The notes under the pieces: model-generated | The model's input: the letters and a program-made list of their open reading frames with translations, nothing else | Database searches by the model: none | Told to the model about the DNA's origin: nothing | Program-made: the position numbers and the translations under genes | From: Mustelus asterias | Lineage: Eukaryota | NCBI RefSeq assembly: GCF_964213995.1 | Contig: NC_135822.1 | Span: forward strand, 25,234,001-25,298,000 | Reading direction: 5' to 3' | Length of the DNA stretch: 64,000 nucleotides | Shown: piece after piece, positions 24,050-38,060 of the stretch | Position numbering within the stretch: the first letter of the stretch is position 1 | Layout: the number at the start of each line of letters is the position of its first letter

Positions 24050-25535
24050 GAGTCATAGAGGTATTCAGCATGGCCCTTTGGCCCAACTTGTCCATGCTGC
24101 CCAGTTTTTACTATTAAGCTAGTCCCAATTGCCCACGTTTGGCCTATATCCCTCTATGCCAATCTTACTGTCTAAATGTTTTTTAAAAGACAATATTATA
24201 CCCGCTTCTACTACCACCTCTGGCAGCTCGTTCCAGACACTCACCATCCTGTGTGTGAAAAAATTGCACCTCTTGTACCTCTCCCCTCACACTTTAAACC
24301 TATGCCCTCTAGTTTTAGACTCCCCTATCTTTGGGAAAAGATGTTGACTATCTACCTTATCTATGCCTCTCATTATTTTATAACCTCTATAAGATCACCC
24401 CTATGCCTCTTACGCTCCAGGGAAAAATGTCCCAGTCTATTCAGCCTCTCCGTTCAACTCAAATCAAGTCCTGGTAGCATCCTAGTAAATCTTTTCTGCA
24501 CTCTTTCTAATTTAATAATATCCTTTCTATAATCGGGTGACCAGAACTGTACACAATATGACAAGTGTGACCTTACCAATGTCTTGTACAACTTCAACAA
24601 GACGTCCCAACTCCTATATTCAATATTATGATCAATGAAACTAAGCATGCCGAATGCCTTCTTCACCACCCTGTCCACATATGACTCCACTTTCAAGGAG
24701 ATATGAACCTGCACCCCTAGATCTCTTTATTTTCCAACTCTCCCCAAAAACCTACCATTAACTGAGTAAGTCCTGCCCTGGTTCGATCTACCAAAATGCA
24801 TCACCTCGCATTTATCTAAATTAAACTCCATCTGCCATTCATCAGCCCACAGGCCCAATTGATCAAGATCCCATTGCAATCCGAGCTAACCTTCTTCACT
24901 GTCCACTATGCCACCAATCTTGATGTCATCTGCAAACTTACTAACCATGCCTCCTATATTCTCATCCAAATCATTAATATAAATGATAAATAACTGAGGA
25001 CCCAGGAATGATCCCTGAGGCACACCGCTGGCTACAGGCCTCCGGTTTGAAAAACAACCCTCTACAAACATCTTCTGTTTTCTGTCATCAAGCTAATTTT
25101 GTATCCAATTGACTACCACACCCTGTATCCTGTGAGATTTAACCTTATGCAACAACCTACCATGAGGTACCCTGTCAAAGGCCTTGCTAAAGTCCATGTA
25201 GATAACGCCAACTGCATTGCCCTCATCTACCTTCCTGGTTACCCCTTCAAAAAACTCAATCAAATTCGTGAGACATGATTTTCCACTCACAAAGCCAGCC
25301 TGACTGTCCCTAATCAGTCCTTGCCCCTGGACTATCTCTCAGGATACCTTCTAACAACTTACCTACTACAGATGTTAGTCTCACCGGCCTGTAGTTCCCA
25401 GGCTTTTCTCTGCAGCCCTTCTTAAACAAAGGCACAACATTTGCCACTCTCCAATCTTCAAGCACCTCACCTGTGGCTGTTAGGGGACTCTAACAGTTCC
25501 CTCTGCTAGGGGACCCGCAATTTCCTCCCTAGCCT
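24050..25535 (-). mobile_element. CR1 LINE ORF2 remnant
   Basis: GKSCLTNLIEFFE, YMDFSKAFDRVPH, SGVPQGS, SKFADD, CVQFWSP motifs. Confidence 0.92.
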
Positions 25536-26079
25536 TAATCTTAGTCTAGCACTACGTCTAGATGATTCCCCAGGGTGCACATCGGAGGTGGAGGCAGTCC
25601 ACTGTGTCCCATGCCCCTTGATGCCCTTGGTGGACATCCCCTGAAGGCCGGGACCTGGGGAGCCTCAGCCCACTTTCGGGTATCATGAATGGAGCAATGC
25701 AACCCTTTTCAGCCCACTGCCCGTGAGATGCACCGGTGTCAGGAAGGTGCAATTCAGAAGGTCTGGAGACTTCCGGAGTCTCCTGGGTGGTCCCCAGTGC
25801 TTCCTCCTCCCAGGTAATGTTCCTGGGTTTGAATCCCACCACAGTAGAAGGTTAACTAATGTCTTTATTCTTAAATACCCCCTAAAATGGCACTTAAGAA
25901 TGGGTAATAAATGCTGGCCAACATCCCATAAATGAATTAAAAAAATATTTTGTGGCAGTGCAAGTGGAGTGGGAATTTTAAAGACAGTGATTGGTCGATA
26001 CAAGAGTTTGTGTTTCCATTATTGACTCATATCAGGATCTGACATTAATTTCAACATAGACAAAGCACTTATAACATAA

Positions 26080-26410
26080 GGGACCCGGGTCTCACAGCAC
26101 CAGGAGCCCTGGTTCGATTCCAACCTTGGGTGAATGTCTGTGTGGAGTTTGCACATTCGCCGTGTGTGTGGGTTTCCTCCAGGTGCTCCGGTTTCCCCCC
26201 ACAGTCCAAAGATGTGCAGGTTAGGTGGACTGGCTTGCTAAATTGCCCCTTAGTGTCCTAAGATGTGTAGGTTAGATGGACTAGCCATAGTGAATTTGCA
26301 GATTTACAGGAATAGGGCAGAGGACGATGGCCTGGGTAAGACACTGTCAAAAAGTTGGTGCAGACTTGATGGGCCAAATGGCCTCCTTCTGCACTGTAGG
26401 GATTCTATGA
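26080..26410 (+). mobile_element. V-SINE/HE1-type SINE with CR1-like tail
   Basis: Core and GATTCTATG tail. Confidence 0.85.
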
Positions 26411-28179
26411 ACACTCAGGTATAACAATACTTGGGATATTTATTTCCAGTGTTAAAACTTTTCACAATACATGAAGCAGTTTCAAGTTTCTCTAACATTA
26501 AAATCACACTAAAAATACATTTTCCCATTTGCTTTTGTACGTCAATATAGAGCTGAGATTATTGAAATTTTCATTTCATCCTGCCCTGCCCCAGTCTAGC
26601 TCAAGCCTTGGCAAAAAAGCAGAATCCCATACTTTTAAAAAATCTTTCACGGGATGAGCATTGTTGGAGCTGCACTTCTCCAGGCAAGTGGAGAGTATTC
26701 ATCACATTCCTGACTTGTGCCTTGCAGGTGGTGGACAGACTTTGGGGAGTCAGAAGATGACTTACTCACCAAGGAACTCCCAACTTCTGACCTGCCCTTG
26801 TAGCTAAGTATTTATAGTGCTGGTCCAGTTCAGTTTCTGGTCAATGGCAACCCCCAGGTGGTGGATAGTGGGGCATTCAGCAGTGGTAATATCATTGAAA
26901 GTCATGGGGAGACAGTTGGATTTTCTTTTGTTGTAGGTGGTCATTGCCTGGCACATGTGGCACAAATGTGACTTGCAACTTATCAGCCCATCATTGAGTA
27001 GAATCACAGATTCTCTACAGTGCAGGGAGGCCATTCAGCCCATCAAGCCTGCACCGACAACAATCCCACCCATCCCCGTAACCCCATACATATGCCTGAA
27101 TGTTGTCCAGGTCTTGCTGCATATGGGTAATACTTCAATATCTCAGAAGCTGTGAATGGTGAACATTGTGTTAGCATCAGTGATCATCTGACCTTACGGA
27201 GGGAAGGTCATTAATGAAGCAGTTGAAGATGTTTGGGCTTAGGACACTACCCTGAGGAACTCTTGCAGTGATGCCCTGGGACTGCGATGACTGACCTCCA
27301 ACAACCACAGCCCATTGTTGACAGCAGGATATTTTATCTTAATGCAGAGAACTGATCTGCTGTGTGTGGTCAGGAATATCTTTGCTGGTCTATTCCTTGC
27401 CGTGAACCGTGATGGACAAATTTTTTCCTCGGTACATTTAATGTTGTGGCGGAGATGGCAGTTCCTTCTTAACCACTCCTGACTAAAGATTCACAGTTTC
27501 ATAACATACTTGTTACCTCAATACGAATGGTCCTCAATTTAACAGATTATAGGTTAGCACCTTCATACGTTTAGCCTCCTCATCTGCCCTCTCTCCAAAT
27601 GCATGTCTATGCATTACATCTATCATTCTCTCTCCCTTAGTGTTTGTTAATTTTCCCAATGTTCTGGTATCTCCCTGTATATTATCCTTCTCTGTGCCCT
27701 GGCGTTTCCCTTCAATATTCCCTGCTGTCCCACGGTGACCCCATTTATAGGCTCACCCCACCCTAAGGCCGGCCTGTTTACTGAACTCTATCCAAATATT
27801 TCCCTGTTTATTGACACTCAGCCCTGCTGTTTCCTTATTCATTGTCTCTCCTTCCCTTGGTATCTCTCTATTTATTGATCATCTGTCCTTTCGTTCCTGC
27901 AGAGGGAACCTGGTGTCCCTCCATTATTACCCCTCCGTTTATTGGCCGTCCATCAATTGATCAGTGTATTGGCGTCTCTGGGCTCCATTAACCCTCTCTG
28001 TATCTATTGATCCATGCATTGTTTGAGCGCGCCTGGCGGACCCTGCCTCGTCTCCATGATGGCGGCGGGAGGCGAGTCCGCGGCCTCCTTCTACCCCCTC
28101 TGCCTCAGAGCGCCCTTTCCTTCAGTCACTTTCTGAGGCGCGCTGCCAGCTCCCCCCCCCACTCCAGTCTAAACCTCAC

Positions 28180-28350
28180 CTTTCTCTCTCCTCACGGGCT
28201 GTTGCTTGGGTCCCGGCTCGATTTCCCCCCGCCCTCTCTTGGGCCTGCTATCGAGGTTTGTCGCGCTCGCCGTGCCGCTGCTTCGGGCTAGCTGGGCCCT
28301 ACCGCCGCTGCCGCCATCTTTTCACTCTCAGATCGATTGCTATAGCCGGG
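28180..28350 (-). other. ZBTB17: Probable non-coding first exon of ZBTB17 (5' limit approximate)
   Basis: Minus-strand AAAG|GTGAGG donor at 28180 inside the CpG island; the first coding exon starts with an acceptor, so an upstream exon is required. Confidence 0.55.
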
Positions 28351-28578
28351 GCTTCCAGCCGCCACCAGAGCGCATGCGCCTTGTTGTGAGCCGGGTCCGC
28401 TCCAAAGGACGGGGATCGGAACTGGGCCGCGCTGCGCATGCGTGACGCCGTTGCCTGCCGGCACCCTGGTGCCGTGTCGGGCGCCTGCGTGTTTCTGGCC
28501 GGTGGCGTCTTGCGCCTGCGCACGGAGGACTGCACGCGTGCGCCGTGCGGCCGGGGGCGAGTGAGCCGAGAAGCTAAA

Positions 28579-28629
28579 ATGGAAGATGAGGAAATCGCGG
28601 ATAATTGGGAGGAAGCGGCCGATAGTGGG
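28579..28629 (+). CDS. SZRD1: SZRD1 exon 1 (MEDEEIADNWEEAADSG)
   Basis: AAAATGG start, GGG|GTAAGG donor; matches the SZRD1 N-terminus. Confidence 0.93.
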
Positions 28630-31533
28630 GTAAGGAGCGGCGGGTGAAGCCACGGCGAGGCTGGGGCTTCTTCGAAACAGGCCTCGTGGTCTGTCGACGC
28701 GGTTAAATAGTTTTCTCAAGGTCCGAGAGTCAAGCGGGAGCGGAGTGTGCAACAGTTAAAAGGGTCCCAGTGAGTGTCGGCCACAAGTGTGGGGTTAGGC
28801 AGCAAGGGGAGCGGCATGAGAGAGAGAGAGGGCAATAGAGCAGGGCAAGGCCTAGGTGTACAGTAGCTTGGAACCGCCACGCTCTACGTAGGAGTCGGTG
28901 TCGGCAACAGGAGGGAGACTAAATATCCTAACATGGCCAGAAAAGGCATTGGGAGCGAGTGATGCGGATTCCAGAGCGACAGAGGTAATATATCCACAGC
29001 AGGAGGAGGTGCTGTCTTCGCCAACTCCCAGCAGTGGACACTGGCTGATCTCCCACCCCAGGGGGGGAAGATATGGAGTGGAGGGCTGTCATGCTGATGA
29101 CTTTTCCAACGAGAATGATTGGAAGAGAAATAAGTACCTCTCGGAATAAAGAATGAACTGTTTAGATTGATTTCTTATCAAAGGTACTTGCAGATAAGGC
29201 AATTTATTTGTACTTTCCACCACAGAAACACAATTCTTGTTCCATTTGGCTTTTGGACACCTAATTTTGTTTTTAAAAGTTGAGTGTGAGGGTATTTTTA
29301 AAATTGGGTCATGCAACAACCTGTGGAATTCACTTGATTGAAATCCGTATTCTCGGTTTTCTGGATTCCAAACCAAATACTTTAGCAAAGTTTTTTTAAA
29401 ACTTTTATCTCCACCCCCCCCCACCCCCACAATGTTATTTATTGATCTAAGTTTCCTTGCACGGTTATTCAAATAGAACAACAATTATGTTTCTGCAGTG
29501 GGAAGAGTGTACCAAAAAATGCCTTGTATGCAAGCACATTTGGGGAAAAAAAATCAATGTAAGCAGTCCATTCTTCAACGTCCCAAAAAACGTAATTATT
29601 GTTGAGACAAGGCACCTTTGGAATTTTGCCCAGCAGCCTACAGCAGATGTCAATATTTTAGATGAGATGTGCAATGTATTTCTGGTAGCCTAAAAATTGA
29701 TCTTTTATAACATTGGACACATTATTGCCTACTTTGGCATCATTTGCGCCATTGTCAATCGTGTTGTTGCATGAAGTTTATTAGCCATAACGTTTTCCAG
29801 AGCAGTAGAGTTTTTAGAAAAAACCCTTGTTGAAGGGGCAGGTTGCAGTTATTTAAATATTGGTCAAAGCTTATACGTTCTTTAATGAACTGGTTAAAAA
29901 ATTTTAAAACATCCATCTTCCATAAGAAAAGGTAACTAAACCAAGAAATTCACCATCTTCCTAAATACAGACTTGAATTCTGACTACACTGACTTGAAAT
30001 TGGCAAACTATAGATATTTAAAGTAATATTTGAGGTGGTTACCCAACCAATTTAAAACCATAATCTAGTTTAGGAATATTGTGTGGTGGCCACAATTATT
30101 TGAAAGTTATAAACTTGTTCTGGGAGTCTTATCTGATGTTGCAGCTTTAAGAACTGGTACAGCAGAATTATTTTCCAGTACAAGTCCCTCCTTGCGATCC
30201 CTCTCATCAGCCTGTTGGGAATCAGATCCAGAAAATATTATGGAAGGCCCATTTAATGGCTTCAGTGGCCAATGCTCTTTCTGAATTGAGAAGCTTAGAT
30301 TAAGGATAAAGGCTGATAGCGCAGAGCACCTCCAGGCTAGAAACAATTAGAAGGGAAAGAGAAGGATGTAGAAAGTTCCAAAGTTGAGTCCCTGGAAGAA
30401 AACATTTGCATTAAATATGCTAGGTTGTATAATGTGCAATGTCACATTGATTATTCACACGTATTTTCAGAAATATTTTCAGAGGGAGCGATACAATTTG
30501 CCAAAAAGCCTCAGCTCGGATGTGACAGCTGATCTTGTTCTCCTAACAGCAGTCATGCCCCCCCCCCCCCCAGTTACTAAGTCCAGTGCTAATGGGAGTG
30601 TGTGTTCACCTTCAGTGATCTTGCCAGCAAGATCTCTGTAGAGCTGCCAGCTTTAAAATCAATACAGAGCCTGCTTGATTAAATGCACTCCCGAGATTGC
30701 TCCATATGGGTTTTAAAGTTCGCAGTTTCACCTAGAATGGTATTGTAGAGGCTGTCAGCATGAGTATATACTGCCTCTAAAATTATCCCTGTAGCCGGGG
30801 AGAAGAACCAATGTTGGTTTAGAGGAATAGTTTTGATTTGGCATCTGAGAGTTGGTGTTGCTGAGTGCATTAGGAAGAGGAGCTAGATAATTAGCCATGG
30901 CTGCAAAGAATCTTGCTGGGTCTAAGTTCTATTGGTATGGTCTAAGCCGTGTGGATAGGCAAGGCAGTGCCAAAGCAGTCTACCTTATTTTCAACATTCT
31001 TGATTATCTGCCTGAGTGATCTGCTCATTGCAGTAGATAATTGAGGTTCCACCACAGACATAACAAGGTCGATGCAAAGAGAATACGGCAACGTGGTTTC
31101 CTTCTGTGCGATTTTTAAAAAAATACAAGATATCCAGTTTTTATTGTTATTTCTTGTACCCAGAATGTGCAGAATTTGGTATTACCTGGACTCTGGGAGA
31201 TTGAACAGTTATGTTGGTGAAAGCCAGAGAGTGTAATGTCTGGAGAAGATGGCAGCTGATTGTAAAATACAAAGTGAATACTGGAAATACTCTGGACTGA
31301 CGACCATCAAGGTTTCGCTCCTGAAACTGCATTCTGTTCTCTGCAGAGATGCTGATTGACTGACTCTGATTTCAGTATTTCTTATTTTGCATTCCAGTGT
31401 TTTGCTTTTTCATTTTAAAAGGTCCCTGACTTCCCTACAAGCACTGAATGTTTAGAGGAGCACTGACTGTATCCTTGAAAATAGAGAAGAAATATTGCAG
31501 TGGGGCAAGAGAAATTGATTGTAGTTGAAAGTT

Positions 31534-31888
31534 GGGGAGGCGATGGCCTAGTGATATTATCGCTAGACTATTAATCCAGAAACTCAGCTAATGTTCTGGG
31601 GACCTGTGTTCGAATCCTGCCACAGCAAGTGGTGGAACTTGAATTCAATAAAAAAAATCTGGAATTAAGAATCAACTGATGACCATGAAAACATTGTCAG
31701 AAAACTCCATCTGGTTCACTATTGTCCTTTTTAGGGAAGGAAATCTGCCATCCTTGCCTGATCTAGCCTACATGTGGCTCCAGATCCATAGTAATGTGGT
31801 TGACTCTCAACTGCCCTCGGGCAACTTGGGATGGGCAATAAATGCTGGCCAGTCAATTATGTCTCTGTCCCATGAATGAATTTTAAAA
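31534..31888 (+). mobile_element. Second tRNA-derived SINE family (other copies 2205-2560, 42430-42778, 33770-34000, all minus)
   Basis: TGGCCTAGTG A-box and GTTCGAATCC B-box, shared core, tail CCCATGAATGAA; AAAGTTG at both flanks. Confidence 0.75.
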
Positions 31889-33179
31889 AGTTGCTTATTG
31901 GACTACAAACTTCTATCCTGTCCAGTTCTGTTTGTGGGGATTGTTAAGATTGTATTCTCTTTTTTGGGGATTGTAGAATTGAAAGATTTGCAACAACTCA
32001 CTATCCCCCCCTTTTAGCCATCCCAAGGTGCTTTTCGTATAATTGATTGCTTTCTCAAAGGCAGTGACTGATATGTCTGCATATATGGCAGCTAACTTCC
32101 ACAAAAAGCAATTGGATGAATAAATGGTTAGTCTGCTTTTGGTGGTGTCCTTTTGACCAGGACACACAGCTTGCTACTGTTTAACTAGTGCCATGATTTT
32201 ATTTTTTCACTGAAGGACAGCACAGCACCTCACAACAGTGCAGCTGCTTCTTCACTGCTGTGTTGGTAATGTCAGTGCTAGGTGTGCTCGCGTTCTGGAG
32301 TGGGACTTGAACCTCCAAGCTTCTGATTCTGTGGCAAGTGCACCAGTTGAACCAAGCTGGCGCCAAAGAGCTGCTGAAAGCAAAAGAGTTTGGTATGAAT
32401 GTTGTGACCAAGCTTTTTAGAAAATGCTTTATCAGAGGAGCTGATCACATAGAAACAGACCGTTGAATCCATCAAGTTGGCTCTGATCAAAACAGGAAAT
32501 GCTGGAAATACTCTCGTCTTGAAGCACCTGCGGAGAGACAAACGAGTTAATGTTTCAGGTCAATGATCTTTCGTCACAACTGGCGAATGTCAATTCTGAT
32601 AAAAGGCCATCAGTTTGAAATATTTACTCTATCTGCACAGATGCTGCCAGGCTTGCTGAGTATTTCCAGCGTTTACTGTTTTGATTTCTGATTTTCAGCA
32701 TTCACATTTGCCTAATTCTGCCCTGGCTTGTTTACTTTTCTATATGGGCTACTATTTGGGGTTTGGCAAGGTAGTAGGGCCTGGAGTATGAACAGGTGAA
32801 AGCTGCTGTTAAACTTGCTAGAGACACGCAGAACTGTCTTAAGAATTGAAGTAAGCAAGATTTTTCTTCCTCCCCACCTCTGAGGATGTTGAGGAAATCA
32901 AAGTGTAGCAATTTAAGCACACCCCTGGCAGGATAAGTAGACGTTGAGTACTGAGGGCATTAATGGAACGTAGTTTAGAATTAGCAGAAGAATGAATAGG
33001 GTTGTATGGTGCGTGGAAGAGACTGATGCAGTGCCCTGGTGAAACTGGGTTAATGGAAAGGAGAAAATGAACATGTAGTGAAATCAGGATGTGGGCATCA
33101 CTGGCAAGGGTAGTAGCATTTATTACCCATTCCTTGTTGCTCTTAGGAAGGTGGTGTTGAATTGCTGCCTTGAGTGTCT

Positions 33180-33760
33180 TGCTGCAAGAAGAATTGAACA
33201 TAAAAGTAAGGATGTTATGTTTCAGTTATACATGGCATTGGTGAGACCACATATCAAATACTGCATAGTTTTGATCTGTTTATTTAAGGATGGTTGTAAA
33301 TACATTGGAAACAGTTCAGAGGAGGTTTACTAGATAATTGGAATGAGCAGGTTGCCTTATGAGGATGTTAGGAAGGCTGGGCTTGTTTCCACTAGAGTTG
33401 AGGAGTGACTTGATTAAGTATGAGTTCCTGAGCGGTATTGAAAGGATGATCCCTCTTGTGGATGAGTTCAGAACTTGGTGGTGGCGAACTGTTTTAAAAT
33501 TAAGGGTCATCCTTCTAAGACAGAGATGAGGAGGAATCTTTTCTCTCTGAGGGTTGTGCGACTTTGGGAGCTCTGTCTCAGAAGGCGGTGGAAGTGTGAA
33601 TCACTGAATATTTTAAAGACTTGAGGTAGATTGATTCTTGTTAGGCAAGGGAATTAGTGGTTATCGGGTATAGATGGAGAATGTGTAGCTCGAACCACAA
33701 AGATCAGCCATAATCTTATTGAACGGGCTATTTTTGCTGCTATTTTGTATGTCCTGCTTG
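33180..33760 (+). mobile_element. Degraded CR1 3' fragment
   Basis: KSKDVMFQLYMALVRPH motif and CR1-like tail. Confidence 0.75.
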
Positions 33761-35382
33761 GCCATTTGAGAAAACAGTTAAGTTGACCACATTGCTGTGG
33801 ATCCGGAGTCACATACTGTAGGTTCGAAAGGTGGATTTCCTTCCTGAAAGGACATCATTGAAATAGGTTTGTATGGCAATCTGGTAGTTGCTTGGTCACC
33901 ATTATTGATATTGGCTTATGGGGGAATTGGACTAGTGTCTTTGGATCATTAGTCCGGTCCTCTGGATCAGAGAGAGATTCAGTAGCAAAAGTACTACAAT
34001 ACTGTACCCTGTAATACCAGATACCTGTGAACACATGGCAAAAGTGTGTTGGCGAGGTAAGAGAGGGTCATCTGTATTGTGGGATTGCATCCAAGCAAGG
34101 GAAAGAAACTTAAAAGTTGCCAAAAGATATGTACTGTGTGGTAAAAGTCATTAGTGTTGATGCCTGGGTATTAGCAGGGAGAGGGATCCTCTCAACAGCA
34201 GTCTAATTCAGGATAACTGGTTTTGGTTAGGAAAGACTTTTGTCTTTGATCCAAAAACTCTGAATTCAATACTGTTTAGTAGTTTTGTCTCTGTACAAAT
34301 CAGACCTGTACAGTTTACATAATGTTAATAGTAGTGTGCACTATAGGTTTGAAATCTGAGCTCTTCAGTGTCTTCCAGATTCCTTGCATGTAAAGGAACA
34401 CTGTAATTGGCCTTTTTGCTTCTGGGATAAGGAGAGGGCAATGCATGTGCAGGTATTGAGCAAGGAAAGAATTGGGCTTTCCTTAGCACACCCCAGTTGA
34501 ATAACTGATATGTACATAAGAGCTGTTTGGTGGGATACAAATAGACTGTTGATGCATTAGTGAATTCGCTTGTAAATGGTTTACTGACATCTGATATTTT
34601 AAACTTCAAAATTACCTTTTCAGTGTCTTGCTGAAACTGCTATGACCTTTCCAGAGACATGTTTGACTCTGCCATAATGATAACTGATATTTTTAGGGAA
34701 CATATGCACTTCCTGCAGCGTAGCATGGCTGTGAGGCAGTAGTAACTGTACGTGCAGACTGGATCCCAGGTGTCAGACTTCATCCTGAAACTAAGCAAAG
34801 TGAGAGAGCCCCACTCCATCCATTTTTAGGAGCTTGATTATCCTCTCACTTATCAGTTTGCAATTCAAATTTAAAAGTGGTGATGTGAAGTGTGAATGTA
34901 CCTGCAGCCAAACATCTTTCTGGGAGAGAAATGATTGCCTTCTTTAGGATAGCTGCAGCGTTTTGCCAACCCCATTGATACAGCTAATGTTGCATCATCC
35001 TTGCCGCCCCAATGCCTTTCATTTTCTATTTTAAAATGGCCATAAATCGAAATGCAATGTGCCTTCTGTCACATCTGCCATGCTTCTAAATCCCACTTCG
35101 GTAGGTTTCAGTTTCAATTAACGTATGATTTGTGGTGCACTAAACTGGCATTTGCCTATTCTGCTTTTTCCAATTTTATTTGGTGGAATTTCTTTTGATT
35201 GCTTTCGCTCTGCCTTTGCGTTTACCAGACCTCTTAATATATCTGCAATCCAGTTAATCCACTTAGATTGATCATTACCTTCTTTTGTGTGTATTTCTGC
35301 ATATGGTTTGGTTTTGGGTGAATATTGTTTCACTGAGGAACTGTGTATGTACTTTTACATGTGTTTGTTTCCTTTCTTACAG

Positions 35383-35432
35383 GAAATTGATCGACGACTG
35401 GAGGCAAAACTAAAGATCCAACAGAAGGAAAA
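35383..35432 (+). CDS. SZRD1: SZRD1 exon 2 (EIDRRLEAKLKIQQKE)
   Basis: ctttcttacag acceptor, AA|GTAAGA donor; 50 nt. Confidence 0.93.
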
Positions 35433-37774
35433 GTAAGAGCTATAACGTTTTTAAAATATCAGTGAAATTGTTTGTTCTTGGCTTTGCTTGATGACTCGAT
35501 TGGTAGGCACCCCACTCTGTAAAATTGAAGGAAGTCCCTAGTCAGTGCTGCCATAACACATTCAGGAGTTAGAAATCACCGTTTAACTTTTCAAAGCTCA
35601 TCTACTAATATTCCAAATCTGCCATCACAGCCAACTCTAATCCAAATGTAGTTTTGCCATGATAGCCTCATCTAGATTATTACCGCCTTAATTTATCCAT
35701 CTTTAAGTAAAGGTCGTCTTCCTAATTTTTTTTTCCTTAACTTAATGTCCTTGACTTTTAAAGTACTGGGTTTGACCATCCCTAATTGCCCTTGATAAGG
35801 TGGTGGTGGACTGCCGCCTTAATCGCTGCGGTCTGTGGCGTAGGCACATCGACGGTGCTGTCAGGGAGGGAGTTCCAGTGACAGTGAGGAACAGCGATAT
35901 AGTTCCAAGCCAGGCTGGTAGCTTGGAGGTGCAACTGTTCCCACTATTTGCTGCCCTTATCCTTCTAGATAGTATTGATCATGAGTTTGGAAGGTGCTGG
36001 CAAAGGAGCCTTGGTGAGTTGCTGCAGTGCATCTTGTAGATGGTACACACTGCTGCCACTGTTTGTCGGTGGTGCAGGAAGTGGATGGAAAACCAATCAC
36101 GTAGGCTGCTTTGTTCTGGATGGTGTCAAGCTTCTTGTGTTGTTGACACTGCACTCATCCGGGTTAGTGGAGAGTATTCTGAGACACTCCTGACTTGTGC
36201 TTTGTCGATGGTTGGCAGGCTTTGGGGAGTCAGGTGGTGAGTTACTCGCTGCAGGAGTCCTAACCTCGGATCTGCTCTTCTAGTCACAGTATTTATGTGG
36301 CTGATCCAATTCAGTTTCAGATCAATGGGAACCCCCCCGCCCCCCAGCATGTTGATAGCAGGGGATTTTAGCAATGTTAATGCTATTAAATGTCATGGGG
36401 TGATGGTTAGATTCTCTCCTGTTGGAGACGGTCATTGTCTGACTGTTGTGTGGCGTGAATATTACTTGCCACTTGTCGACCCAAGACTGGATATTGTCCA
36501 GGTGAAGACAGTTTCAACTGAGGTTTTCAAGAAAGAATTGTGATTATCTAAAGAGAAATTTGTAGGGCCTGCAGGGAAAAGCCAGGGGATTGGGACTAGC
36601 TGAGTTGCTGTTGCAGAGAGTCAGCACAAACACAATGGTCTCCTGTGTTGTGATCGTTCTATGATTTTCCTTTAAATTAAGCTGTGGGTCTTTTGTTCTA
36701 AAATGTGGCAGCGTTTAGAGTCTCTACAATTGGCTTCAGTAAATTGCGTTTGGGGAGTGGTGTGAGGGAAGTCAGGGTTGATGCTTTTTCATCATTTATC
36801 TCCAGATTCCTGCTGGAATGTGTAACCCAACATTGATGATGGGATTACGCTCAGAGGAAATGTTTCTTCCAGTTATAGCTTTCGATACTTGCAGGTGAAG
36901 AATGATTGCTTGAACTTGGTTGTCGTAACCCAGCACTTATCACCACCTTTTAAGGAAGGAAAGGGGTGGAAATTGTATGGAAACGTTTTCTTCGATTGGA
37001 CAAATTCATGGGCAAGGTTAAGGCAAATAGGCATCTTTACTTTTTCCAGTCTGGAAGTTAGGAAGGGTTGTAGAGGCAGCAATGTTGTCTTCCAATATCT
37101 GGACCTACTTCGACAATCAACACAAACAAAAACAGATTAATAAGACATTTGCTGCTGACAAATTGGCTGTTGTTTTTACCCAATGTCTATGAAATTAATG
37201 TGTAAAATTATTCGGAAATTCTGAGGTGATGAGACAAGTGATTTTTGGAGGAATCTGCTGATGTACTGAACAATCGACCATGCATCATGTGGTGCAAGGT
37301 GCATTGAGGCAGGGTATTTAGTGGTACACGTATAAGTTAGCTTAGAAGAATTGTATTTTTGAACTAACATTGCAGTCAGTAACATGGGAAGGTAATAACG
37401 CTTGCATCCCTGCTGTGCCTTGTAAACTGAGTCAGGCACTCTTTCTGGTGGGATGTGAAAGTGCATGGCAAAACATTAGCCATAGTATTGGCAATAGTTC
37501 ACAGCAGAAATATGATGTCTGACTTCAGAACAATTGTGAGAACAGGGGAATTTTTAAGTTTTTAATTTATGCTTCAAAAAACTTGCTGGGGATTTCTAAT
37601 CCTGCTGGTTATCCAATGATCAGCTCCACATCTGTTATGAATGAGTGCTTTTCGAGCTCTTCTGTTTGGAGGAGAATGTGCCAATATTGACAAGATTCCT
37701 GTTCCCACTTCCAAAAGATGGTAGTCCAGTACAATTGCAAAAAATTATTATTGGTACATAGCAACAGAAATAAA

Positions 37775-38060
37775 AGTTAAGGTTTATCAGTCACAAGTAG
37801 GCTTACATTCGCACTGTAATGAAGTTACTGTGCAAATCCCCTAGTCACCACACTGCGGCGCCTGTTCAGGTACACTGAAGGAGAATTTGGCATGGCCAAT
37901 TCACCTAACCTGCACATTTTTGGAGTGTGGGAGGAAACCGGAGCACCTGGAGGAAACCCATGTAGACACAGGGAGAACGTGCAGACTCCGCACAGACAGT
38001 GACCCAAGCCGGAAATCAAACCCGGATCCCTGGCACTGTGAGGCAGCAGTGCTAACCACT
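37775..38060 (-). mobile_element. V-SINE/HE1-type SINE with alternative tail
   Basis: Similarity to 1525-1800. Confidence 0.85.

Larger units (their letters stand above)
28020..28800. promoter_or_regulatory. CpG island, putative bidirectional promoter of ZBTB17 and SZRD1
   Basis: CpG-dense; NRF1-type GCGCATGCG at 28370 and 28434, TGCGCCTGCGCA at 28511; YY1-type GCCGCCATCTT at 28310-28320. Confidence 0.8.

Noticed and set aside
28007-28752. Several 70-154 aa ORFs on both strands
   Set aside because: CpG-island artefacts; only SZRD1 exon 1 and the short uORF have support.
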